From contig MU054187.1 in the NCBI GenBank assembly GCA_013239625.1, positions 15,286,974 to 15,325,767 on the forward strand: a stretch of 38,794 nt of DNA, in the 5' to 3' direction. Source of the DNA: Lama guanicoe. Its lineage: Eukaryota. The notes under the pieces were generated by a model that saw nothing but the letters and a program-made list of their open reading frames with translations, searched no databases and was not told the DNA's origin. Shown here in pieces: positions 25,915 through 37,686 of this stretch; the stretch's first letter is position 1; every line of letters begins with the position of its first letter. Both the position numbers and the translations under genes were made by a program.

Positions 25915-25943
<29 letters not shown>
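25915..25943. repeat. (GC)3(AC)11 microsatellite in 3' UTR
   Basis: Read directly. Confidence 0.9.
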
Positions 25944-26401
25944 AATGGAGTGCTTCAGAAGGGCATATCCTGAAGGTCTAATACACCTTTAGGCCAGTTA
26001 GCAGGAGGTGAGGGATGCTGGAAAGAAACCTTGGAGGTGCCAAGGACACCTCCAGCTGTCCATTGTTTCCCTGTCCTTTATTGGTGAGAATCAATGTAAT
26101 CATCCTGGCCTTGAGCATCACGTTAAAGATCTCATGTGCACACCACAGACAGTTAAGGTTTTGTTAAAGGGGTCCTCCTCAGATGATTTTCTAAGGACTA
26201 ATTGTCAAACTTTATTCCCCTGTGTAAGCAGAAGAATAATTTTCAGTTCTCCAGTAAGTTTGGTGGAAATCAAATCAAAATCACTATGAAAATTTCTCTC
26301 ATGCGATTTTGGAAAAGCTTATTTCCAAATCAGGGAATCACTTTCCAGAGAGGAGAACTCAACATCTGGGTCAAGACACTTAACACATTACATTTCGCGC
26401 T

Positions 26402-26429
26402 TGTGTGTGTGTGTGTGTGTGTGTGTGTG
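26402..26429. repeat. (TG)14 microsatellite in 3' UTR
   Basis: Read directly. Confidence 0.9.
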
Positions 26430-29400
26430 AGATGCTGGTTATGTAATGCTTCAATAGAATTATAGAAATAAGTAAACATGGTTAGTTCCAGAGTACAAAT
26501 AGCAGAAGGAAGCTACTTGTTTAAAATTCTCTTCACATTTGCGATTTCTTGGGGTAGCTGCATTGAAAGATGACAGTTAATCGAATCCAGCGGGGAAGAC
26601 ATGTACCATCTGGAGTTTAGGTTTACATGATGACAAACAATTGGCCTGATTCCTTTCACAAACTGAATCTGACCAAATGTTTTCAAATCATACTGCTTTG
26701 CTTTTGTGGGAACTTACATGGGCTTTATTAAAAATAAATATTTCTGGGGACTAAAATGGAGAACAGAAATGATTCTCAGAGTCAGGACCCAATCCAATTG
26801 TTAGCTAACATATATCGGCAACTGGAGAGAAAACTCATCAGCGAGATAATTCATTTGATTTTTCTAGAAAGTGTTTCCATCCTTGATTTTGCTAAACCAG
26901 TTCTAGAGAAGTAGAAAAAGCACTTTTAAACCAAAACAGGCTACGATCAGTTCCAGTTCTGTTGCTGGTTTACTTGTGTGGCTTGGTTTCTTAGTTCTCA
27001 AAAAGAATAATGCTATTTGCCACATGTTTCACAGAGGTTCATGTGAACTTAAAATTACCAGATTAACAGAAATTTATGAATATTAAAATTATCACTAATG
27101 TTGTGAAACTTTTATTTGAGATAAAATTAAGTCTTTCATGAGCTCCTCTTTGGCAGAAATTCTGTCTTATCTTTGTATTTATCCCAGCTTCTAATATAGT
27201 GGTGGTAATGTAATAAATGTTCATCTGTATGGATTTTTAGAATTAACTAAAAAGTCTAGAATTGCAAGAATTTAGAAGAATCCTACCTTTCCATGTTTTT
27301 TAAGACAAACATGTCTTAAATACAAAGCTTTGAATGCATCAACGATTAAGATAAATCATCAAACATATCATGTTAAGACTAGGGTCTACACACTCATAAC
27401 TTGCACTCAACAGTCCTTTCCAAATCACAACGAGAACTGTAAGTTTATTTATAACGTAGCAACTCAGCTGAAAATATAACGGGTATATTTGTTATTCTGT
27501 CTGTACTTTTTAAAGTTAGTAATACAAAGTGGCCATGTGAAATGTTTCATTTTCCAGGCTAAGGCAAACGGAAGTTTGCTAGGATCAACACAGCATGTCA
27601 CATCTTTTCACAGCATGAAACCGTGGTGCTAGGAGAGCTATTTCTCACTGTAACCCCCACAGTCAGAAAGGGTCCAGGTATAAGCTATTTCCTAAGAGCA
27701 GCTTAAATAGTCAGTACTGAGGTTTCCATTTCAAAAGTTTCACTCAAGAGAAACAGTAACTGGCATATATATTCAGTGGCATTGATTCTCTTTATGGTAA
27801 GATTTTTCATATCATCCTTTATTCAGTAGAAAAGTTTTTTTTTAAATTCTGTCACAATATAGACTTTGAGGAGGGCTTCCATGTCATCAAAAGACTGGGA
27901 AAGTGATAATTTTAGCTGTTAAGCGGATGGATTTCTTTACAGAATTGTATTTGAGTTGTGTAGGCAGAGTCTTAATGTTCCTGGTTATGACAGATAAGCT
28001 TGCTTTTAAAATGTGTCAGAAACAGTTTTTATTATTATTATTATTTTTATTTTCTGTTTAGTAGTCTAAGCTGTGTCACTTCTGTGGTCCATCAGAGCAC
28101 CCCTATGAGATTCAGCTGGCAGCGCTATAATATGTATTTGAACCTTCACAGAGGCATTCATTTGAAAGCTCCATGCAACTTTAGCACAGAGTTGACCAAA
28201 CACTAGGGAAAGTTCAACCAATACAATTCACTCAGAATTTCTTAATTGAAACAATGCATATTTGTCTCATTAACACATGCTTGTGTTAGATCAACGTATA
28301 ACATCTACATAAACAAATCTAAAACATGTTTAGGCCAGTTTAAGTGTTTTGTATTCATATCCTGCTTATTAAATGAATGCATCAGCTAATCAGGTAATTT
28401 GAAGGTGTCCAGAAAAGTCATCCTTAAATTGTGGTCCGGGTTCTCCCTCTTGTGTAACAGCATTCCCTCTGTTCGGCAGTGTCATGGGACACAGATCTTG
28501 ACATGGATGGAAGCCTTTACCTATGAAAGTGTTTAGAGAGAGTTAAGTTATATTTCTATCAACATCTAATGTTATCTTTGTTTTTATATATATTTTTGTA
28601 TTGTCATTATATGTGTGAGGAAAGACATTTAAACACATGCAAAATGATTTTTAAAAATTATGTCATGGTCTAATTTTGACTTAAGAGATGTCAGTGAGAA
28701 ACTTAGACAGTTTAACAATTCACCGGTTAATGGTGCTGAAAATGCATAACAAACACCTTATACGTGCTACAATTTTGAAGTTTCTTTGCAATTAAAGTTT
28801 TTATTAAGTGTGAACTATCAGTATCTATTCTGGTGCTAAATATGTGGTGCTAAATGAACTGTTGGTGTTTGTAGCTTAGGAACTCTCTTTTAGTCATTGT
28901 TAAAAAATGTTATGCATTCAATTCTTGATTTAAAAATATGAAGTCCTGTTAAATTAATCTTAACCAAAAATAGGCCAGTAAACTCTATTTTTTATCTAAT
29001 AGTCCAAATTTATTTGGGTATTACAGAATGTAAATGTATTTCTTAGAAGTTATCAATTTTTTAAAGGCATTTTTAGCTTGGCAATGTCAAATTCAAGTGT
29101 CACCTTAAGGTTAGAGAACACCCACATCAACCATGCTGCAGGCACTGGTGCCCTCTGGTGGTTATAAAAACAAATTAATAAATTCTTGATGGCTACTTGG
29201 CCTGCAACCAAGCTATTTCTGCCATTCAATAAAAATTTAATTTGCACAATATCAGAACCCTTGGATACTCTTTAAATCTGACAACATTAAAAAAATTCAT
29301 GACTCTATTGACATAATTTTCTAAGAGTGTAAGAAAGATAATATATCTTGACATCCACTTTCCTAAATAATAATTTTTTTATGATATTCCAGTTCTAAGG

Positions 29401-30558
29401 TGCTTATTAAAATGTTCTTTTTTTGAACCAGGTTATTAATGAAACATATTTTCATTTTGTTTACATCATAAATACAGTAAGAATTAAAATTAGCAAACAA
29501 TTTTCTAAGTGTGTCTCACTTTCAGAAGTGATAATTTATTTTTATGTTTTAAAGTAATTAATTCCATATATTGGAGGATTATCTCTCCACTTTTACTTGT
29601 TGATCTACAATTTGATAATGCTCTTTGGTCATACAGTTGAGCTAATAACATTTTATTATTCCATTCAAAGTCTTTCTAGACTAAAAAACATACATAAAAA
29701 CTTGGAATTATACCCCTGTAACTAATGAAGGCAATGTTTTTAGGTAAACTTTCACTTGAGTTGTGCAGTTGACTAAGTGTGATAGTCTGCTTTGACAAAG
29801 ATATTTCTTAAGCTATGTTAACACAGCCAAATGAAATATGCTTTGAAGCAGTTTTCCAAATTATTATTTTCAAACTTACTTTAAAGCAATAGAACGTTTT
29901 GTATGATCTCAATCATATACAAAGCTCTAACATATAATACACATAAAATGGACCTGCTTATTCCCCAAATCTTCCTCAGTGCCTTGGAATTTCTTCTGAG
30001 AGCCCTAGGATTCCATCAAACCATTAGAAAAACTGCTCTAAATCATCTAGCTCTCCCCATTTTCTATAAAATAATCAGCTTATTAAAGACAAAAAAATTG
30101 AGACTCTAAACATATTTCAATGGTTATCTTATATACCCACTTCACTTGGCATGTGTTAGAAGCCTCTTAGTTTGATGGAGCATTAAATACATACTGACTT
30201 TAACTGGTGCTTGGTTATATATTACAGTATCTTGTGTTTTGTTATTTGACAAACAATTTTAGTACCAAAGTATTTTGAGAATTAGATAATTGTCATGTAC
30301 CCATGAAAATAATGTGTTTAAAAATATCTGAATGTTTCAAATATGTACATAATCCTAAAATGTATTGTATCGTTTTAGATTTTTTTAAAAAGGTTAATTT
30401 GATTTTTTATTCATTACCTAATACTGTGGCAGTAAAAGGTGCCTTTGTTGTGATATATTGTCATGAATGTGTACATACATAAAACCTGTGTAAACCTCTG
30501 TCTTTATAAAGCATAACAAGTGTAGCTTTTTGAGCTCTGCTATATTGTTTTTTCTTTC

Positions 30559-30635
30559 AATAAAACATTATAAATAATTGTTCTGCTTTTAAGGTTTAAT
30601 TAAAACAAGTAATCTAATTGTTTTCTTGTTTTCAA
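30559..30635 (+). terminator. Probable distal polyadenylation signal (AATAAA 30559-30564) with downstream U/GU-rich element
   Basis: Upstream TGTA motifs (for example 30470 and 30489) and a T-rich run, then AATAAA, then ttgttctgctttt and ttgttttcttgttttc. Confidence 0.65.
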
Positions 30636-31332
30636 GTTTTACAATAGAATCAGAACTAGATGGCATGATAGTTTGATAAGAAATGAACTGTTCTAAGGCA
30701 GCAATGATTATATCTTTAATGCATCACTGAAATACATCAAATCTTCGTCTTCCTTTTTTCCCTTTCTTTCTTCACTTATCTGCCTCCTTCCTTCCTTCTT
30801 CCATTCTTTTTCTATTTAATTCCAAAAACTATTTTGAAGTACCAGTATAAAAGACATTTCCATGGAAAAAGAGGAAAAGAACAGTATATCAAGATGCTCT
30901 GGCTGGGAAATTGCAGCCATTGAACATAAATATGTTTATGCTTCCTCATACTGAGGGCATGAAGAGGAACCCTAGGCATTCCTGGGGGAGAGGCAGCATC
31001 TCCAGTTACTGGACGACCTAATGCTAGGAGTTAACAGGGCGGCTCTGCCTTGCAGACGGTAACTCCTTGCTCTCTGGTGAGATGGTAGGTCTCCCAGGCC
31101 AGTTCACTGAGAAGCACTCAGACCTAGGACATTTTAAAATTTCTCCTTAGGGTATTTCATGCAAGACAAGAAAGCCTCTCCGCCTAGAACTCTGTAGCGC
31201 TCTCAGTTCCTCACTCTCTTGCTCCTCTTCTTCCCTTTTCATTTTGCTTCCTCCTCTTTTATGCCTCCAGTTTCTCATCCATATGTCTGGGAAGTTGCAT
31301 TCATCTCTCAGGAGATGGGAATCCATTCATTG

Positions 31333-31364
31333 ACGTGTGTGTGCGCGTGTGCGTGTGCGTGTGT
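31333..31364. repeat. Mixed (GT/GC)n alternating tract
   Basis: acgtgtgtgtgcgcgtgtgcgtgtgcgtgtgt. Confidence 0.8.
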
Positions 31365-32371
31365 TTTGCATATTCTAGCCCCTCAGACTAGGCCTGGTGG
31401 AAGCAAAAGAAGTCTTGTGCCCTAAGTCTTGCACAGTGCTGACGGTGAAGAAATGGGGCAATGGTGGGTGTCTGATCCCATCCGGTCTTCCTCAACACTA
31501 AGAGCTGTGGCTGACCACCTCATGAGAACAAGCACACCCTGACAAGGCAAGCATCAGCTTTCCCAGATCCAGCTGACTATGCTCTTGGGAGTGACGCCTA
31601 TTCCCACTGTCAGTGACTCATCCAGCTCCTTCTGAGACAGTAACCTTGGCATTGTGGTGCCAGGGGCACAGACTTCTTCCTGAGCTGTGCTTGCACTGCT
31701 GAGCCAACACTGCAGGAGTGACTGGCTCTGTCTTAGCAAACTGGAGAGGTGCAACCAGCCTAGCTGAATCTCTCTGGCCCCAACTGTCTCTCTTGATGAA
31801 AAAGGAGTGAGGTCTTGGCATGTTACTTTTATTGATAGCCTACTGATTGAAGTCAATGTGCCCATTGATCAAGGGGCACATGAGTTTTACTAAACCTGAA
31901 TGCATACAGGGATTTGTCCTCTGAGTTTCTACATAATAAATTGAATGATGTCCTTAATTATCATTTTTCTATCATTAAAAAGTCAATTGCAAAAAATTAA
32001 ATGGTATACGAAAAATTCTACAAGCCTTAGAATCTGCCGTATTCTCCAAAAGGCAAAATGTTTCCATAACACTTAAACATAATAAAATATTTTTTAAAGA
32101 TTTTAATTTAAATATGCATTTGCTTATTTAAATATTTTATTTATTTCTATTTCATAATGCACACAATATATTACTGCCTGGCATAATGTCTAGTACATAT
32201 TAGCATGTGGTATATTTATATTGTATATAGTGAGGGTACAAGATTCAGAACTTTCTACAAATAAGGATTCACAACCAAAAAGTTTGGAGGCTGGTAGCTT
32301 CCAAGCATGTGTCTCTTTTTCCACTTCTGCTCTCTGATAGTCCACTACCACACAGCATCTGGATTGATCTT

Positions 32372-33135
32372 ATTTTTTGTTTTGTTTTATTTTTGTTTGT
32401 TTTTTAAATTGAAGTATAGTCGATTTACAGTGTTGTGTTAAGTTTCTGGTGAACAGCATTGTGATTCAGTTATACGTGTGTGTGTATATATATATATTTC
32501 TTTTCATATTTTTTTCCACTATAGCCCATTACAAGGTATTGAATATAGTTCCCTGTGCTACACAGGACACTGCTGTTTATCTATTTTATGTATAGTAGTT
32601 AGTGTCTGGAAATCCCCAACTCCCAGTTTATCCCTCTCCACCCCACCTTTCCCCACTGATAACTGTAAGTTTGTTTTCTATGTCTGTGAGTCTATCTCTG
32701 TTTTGTAAATAAGTTCATTTGTGTCTTTTTTTTATTTTAAGATTCCACATATAAGTGATACGATATTTTTCTTTCTCTTTCTGGCTTATTTCACTTAGTA
32801 TGATGATCTCTAGGTCCATACATGTTGCTGCAAATGGCATTACTTTATTCTTTTTCATGGCCAAGTAGTATTCCATTATATCTGTATCTATATCTATGTC
32901 TCCCACAACTTCTTTATCCATTCATCTGTTATTGGACATTTAAGTTGCTTCCATGTCTTGGCTATTGTAAATAGTGCTGCTATGAACACTGGGGTGCATG
33001 TATCTCTTCAAACTAGAGTTTCCTCTGGATATATGCCCAGGAGTGGGACTGCTGAATCATAGGGTAAGTCTATTTTTCAGTTTTTTTTTTTTAAGGAACC
33101 TCCATACTGTTTTCCATAATGGCTACACTAAACTA
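32372..33135 (-). mobile_element. 5'-truncated LINE-1 with target-site duplication
   Basis: T-rich tail then reverse L1 3' UTR and ORF2 end. TSD catctggattg(a)tctt at 32356-32371 and 33136-33150 (one indel). Confidence 0.92.
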
Positions 33136-33399
33136 CATCTGGATTGTCTTTTTGAAAGTAAAGCACATTTATGACTTTTCTGCACAAAACCTTCCAATGA
33201 CATTCTCGTGTGTTTAATAAAATCCAGTGCTTTAGCACTACTTATAACACTCTACTGGACTAACTTCTGCCTGATTCTCTGACATCCTTCTCTCCTACTC
33301 TCCCTGCAGCTCACTCTGCACCAACCACCTTTGCTTTCCTTTTGCCAAGGTCACCCCCACCCTCGACTTTTTCACTTGTTCTTCCCTCTGATTGAGTCC

Positions 33400-33760
33400 T
33401 AAGTACAGTAACATTTTAGCAAAGATAGGAAAGATTTGAGGGAGATAACCATGTGGAATCTATACCTAGGCATATATCCTGTGGACCCCTGGGGAAGAAG
33501 CTTCCAGGCAGGAAAGAAGGGAGGGCAAAGGCCTGCTGCATCCACAGACTTGCAGCAGAGTGAGGAAACAAAACTGTTGGAATGAGGCCAGGGAGGTCAC
33601 AGAAGCCCAGGCTGTATGGGGCAGACCATTGTCAGGGCTTTGGCTTTTACGCTGAATGAAATGGGAAGCCACTGAGAATTCTGAGCAGAAAAGTGCCATG
33701 ATCTGACACATTCAGAAGGGTCTCTCTGGCCACTATGTTCAAATAGGCTATAGAGCATCG
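33400..33760 (-). mobile_element. L2 LINE remnant
   Basis: gcaaaggcctg...tttggcttttacgctgaatgaaatgggaagccactgagaattctgagcagaaaagtgccatgatctgac. Confidence 0.75.
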
Positions 33761-33949
33761 GGGGGGCCACCTTCATTGAGCTCCTGTCCCATCAATCATC
33801 CTTCTTGTATCTTCACTCTTCTTCCAAGCCCAGCATAACACAACAAACAGCCACTGTCTTACCTCTTTCTAGCCCCTCACTACTCAGATTCACGACGTGC
33901 CATCTCTGTTGACTTGATTTCAGATCCTGGCTACCCACTTATTCCTTGG

Positions 33950-34200
33950 TGCCCTTCAATTCATGTGTTCCACAAGAATTTATCAAGCACTTTCCACATG
34001 TCAGGTACTAAGCAAGATAAAAATCAGACCAAGCACCTGCCCACCAGAAGCTTACATTGCAGTGACAAAGAAGAAAGTAAAGAAACCAATAAATACATAA
34101 TGAAAAGCCCAGTGGAGGTAACTGTTATGAAGAAAAAGGAACAGGGAAAGGAGAGAGGAGGAAGATGGCTTCAGATGATGGTGAAGCATCTCACTGGGGG
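33950..34200 (-). mobile_element. L2 3' remnant
   Basis: ttcatgtgttccacaagaatttatcaagcac...atgtcaggtact...gaagcttacattgcagtg. Confidence 0.55.
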
Positions 34201-35584
34201 GCGAAATGTGGGCAAATATCTTCATGATGTTTGTTCTTCATCAGACGGATCTACTTTGGGAAGATTTCTGTGATCCAGTTACTGAAAATGGCTCGCATTT
34301 ACTTTCTTCAGTCTTTCTGTTGCATCCAAGACAGTCATTCATTCCCTTTTATCACACTCTTCTCCTCGGGCTCTGTACTCTCCTTGGTCCTTATTATTTC
34401 TGGGATTTTGAGTGGTTCAACTGAGAAATAATGAGGTTCTTAACTATGGTTATAAAGTTGGATTTATTACTAAATTACTCTTTCTGACGCTAACCCTGAC
34501 ATGTAACTCCCCTGTTCATAAAACTTTCCTTTGCTTCTGGCCTCCTATAGAAACACAAACAGCCTTTCCTCACATTTAACTTCCCCTATGCTAAGAAGAA
34601 GACTTACATTCATAGTTTTACCCTGCTAAGCTTCACACACCTCTTCTACAGATGATCAAAACTTTGTGACATCACTGGTACCCTAACCTACACTTCCCAA
34701 CATCTGTCTGGTCTTAAGTGATTTACATCATCTGGATGTGTATGTGTGTGTGTATGTGTGAGTCCTCCGTAATACAAACCCTTCTCACATGGCTTTAATT
34801 TTATGCTTTGGAGATTTTTGTTTTTCCCTCACTAAAACCTTGTTCTCTCTCCTTTGAAAACCAGTAACACTGAATTATATCTCTACTTACTTCCTACCCT
34901 CCATTATTGCATATTCATAAACGTTCTGAAATATTTTTTATTTTACTGCAAGGTCTGTGCTAGGGTCATCTCTATATTCACTAATGAAATAGTCAATGCT
35001 TTTATGCAAGACTGTGGTCAAGCTGCCACAGTATTTCTGCTACAGTCACGTATCCACAGGTACACAAGTGACCAACAGATGCCACTCTTGTAACTATCTG
35101 TAGAAGGATACTTCTGTTGAAAACTTACTGGAACTTAGAAGAATTATATCATAGGAACATCTAATGCTTCTTTTGCATTATTGATATTAAATATAGAAGC
35201 AATAGTCAATGCATGTTAACAAAAATCTACGCAGAGACTATGTGAAGGATTTTATGCTTCCCAATCTTTGACAAAGTAATGCAATTCATCCTTCAGGTGG
35301 ACAAGCAAGTGGGTGGTGATTTACTTGAAGATATTTCAGAATAAAGTTGAGGAGAAACACCAAGTAAGACTTTGAGTAATTAACACTGAGTCATAAATAT
35401 TAAAAAAGTGCTCAGTGCTATACTTTATGTTTAATTAAAAGTATTTTCAAAGCCCAATTGACTATAAGTAACTTCTACTTAATAAAAATTCAGAAATCAA
35501 TTACAATGTAAGAGTTGATACCCTTAGGTAAATTTAATGATTTTTGATAAAATATAACTTTATAATATAAATAATTCATTCTTG

Positions 35585-35840
35585 TTACCGGGGTGGGGGA
35601 CGGGGTAGAGGGTGGGAAGGGATAGACTGGGGTTTCAATATTGTAGAATAGATAAACAAGATTACACTGTATAGCACAGGGAAATATACACAAAATGTTA
35701 TGATAAATCACAGAGAAAAAAATGTGACAATGAGTGTGTATATGTCCATGAATGACTGAAAAATTGTGCTGAACACTGGAATTTGACACAACACTGTAAA
35801 ATGATTATGAATCAATAAAAAATGTAAAAAAAATAATAAT
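35585..35840 (+). mobile_element. Short, young LINE-1 3'-end insertion with perfect 15-bp TSD
   Basis: TSD aataattcattcttg at 35570-35584 and 35841-35855. The body is homologous to 24235-24490 and has AATAAA and an A/AAT tail. Confidence 0.92.
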
Positions 35841-36349
35841 AATAATTCATTCTTGATCAACTCTAGTATTTAAGTACTGCTCAGGTCACTTTAAAGCACC
35901 AATTCAATTCTCTGGGTTTTTAATTTAAACAAGCAAAATATACAAACAAAAACTGATCTGATAAAAATATAATGCTACAATAAAATTATTTTATTAATTT
36001 ATTACCATAAAATAATTTGTGTATGTTTCACATACATACACATTTGTAAATATTTAAAGAAAAGTGTTCATGTTATTTTCATTCTGCTCATTTCACTACT
36101 GAAAAGAAGTGACAACGTAGTATGAAATTTGCGGTAATGCAATCTTCTCAGAGCACGTAGGGGAGACCTGAGGATTGTGAGTGGGTTTGGGCTCTTCAGA
36201 GGTTTTCTGAAGGAGATGGTAACCAAATTAAATCCCTTCCCCTTAATCCATAGTCATAACCCAACTTATACAAACATCTGATTTACTGAGATTTTTTTTT
36301 CCCAAAGTGATGTAAGACGTTTGCCAACAGATTTTAAAAGTTCTACAAC

Positions 36350-37055
36350 CCCCATCATAACATAAAAAGAAAATCACACCAAAGCACGTCGTAGTCAAAA
36401 TTCTGAAGGTCAACGATAAGGAAAAGTCTTAAAAGTAACTGAAAATAAAGGCTCATCGTCATTAAGGGAATAAAAATAAAGCTGATGGATGACTTTTCAA
36501 TAGAAATTCTGGAAGACGGACTGCAAGGGAATAATGTCCTCAAGGTTATTAAAAGGAGAAATCCTGAAAACTTGAATTCATTTTTATCTTTATTTCACAG
36601 GAAGATATAAGTTATCAATTCTGTGCACTAAATAACATTGCTTCAAAATCAAGAAATAGCAACTAAAAGAAAAGAGACCATACATCAATTTAGAGGGGGG
36701 TTTTAACACATGTCATAGTAAGTTACAGAACTGTCAGGCAAAAAATTCAGAAAAGACACAGAAGATCTGATCAACCAATATAAATTACTTGATACATATA
36801 GAAACATATAGAAAAGTTCATCCAACATCATAATAATGTTCTATATGTGTGTTTATCAATTTGGACCACATACTGGGCCAGAAAGTAAGACTTAGCAAAT
36901 TTCAAAAGACTGAAATCACACAGAGTATGTTCTTTGATCTTAATGAAATTAAACTAGGAAAAAAAAAAAGAATAGACCAATCCTAAATGTTTGGAAATTA
37001 AGTAATTTATCCATTGGTCAAAGATGAAATCTCATGAAAATTAAAAAATAGTTTA
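36350..37055 (+). mobile_element. Old degraded LINE-1 (ORF1 and ORF2-endonuclease remnants)
   Basis: ORF1-like aaatcacaccaaagcac...gctgatggatgacttttcaatagaaa, and EN-like gaccacatactgggccagaaag...cagagtatgttctttgatcttaatgaaattaaactag. Confidence 0.75.
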
Positions 37056-37059
37056 ACAA

Positions 37060-37686
37060 ACCTTGGAAACTCTATCCAGCAAGATTATCATTTAGAATAG
37101 GAGAGAGAAAGAATTTCTCAGACAAGCAAAAACTAAAAGAATACAGCCATACTAAACCTATCCTAAAAGAAATATTGAAAGGTTTTCTCTAAATAGAAGA
37201 CAAGAAAAAATCTATAAGAAAGAGAAAATCACAACTGGAAAGTAAATCACTTAAATAAGCTGGTACATAGATTAAAATTAAAAAAAAACCTGTGAAAGCA
37301 ATGATAACTACAATGAACAGCAAAAGGAAAAACATAAAGATGTAAAAGAGGACATCAAAATCATAAAACGTGGGGGAAGAGAATAAGAAAATGTAGATTT
37401 TTTTTTCTAGAAAGTGTTTGAGCTTATATAACCACCAGTCTAAAGCAAGTAGATATAGTAATAGGTTAAAATATTTGAAAAACAGGGTAACTACAAATCA
37501 AAAACATATAGTAAATTCAAAAAAACTAAAAAGAAGAGAATACATGCATAATACAGAAGAAAACCATCAAACCACAAAGGTTAAAAAAAAAGAAAAAGAA
37601 AGAAACAAAGAAGAAATACAAAATCAACTGGAAAACAAGGTTTATAATGGCAATAAATACATGTCTATCAATAATTACCTTAAATG
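37060..37686 (+). mobile_element. Second, less degraded LINE-1 (ORF1 3' end, inter-ORF spacer, first codons of ORF2)
   Basis: ctctatccagcaagattatcatttagaatag (LYPARLSFRI). ORF2 start at 37647 reads MAINTCLSIITLN, matching the conserved SIITLNVNGL. Confidence 0.85.

Larger units (their letters stand above)
24853..30585 (+). other. PI15: PI15 long 3' UTR (about 5.7 kb; end approximate)
   Basis: AT-rich, repeat-poor sequence after the stop, with miR-29 seed matches and Pumilio elements, ending at a well-formed poly(A) site. The length fits my recollection of a long mammalian PI15 mRNA. Confidence 0.65.

Noticed and set aside
23840..33135. Inverted pair of related L1 3' ends bracketing the last exon (possible dsRNA)
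   Set aside because: The second copy lies beyond the probable poly(A) site, about 8 kb away, and the two copies are diverged.
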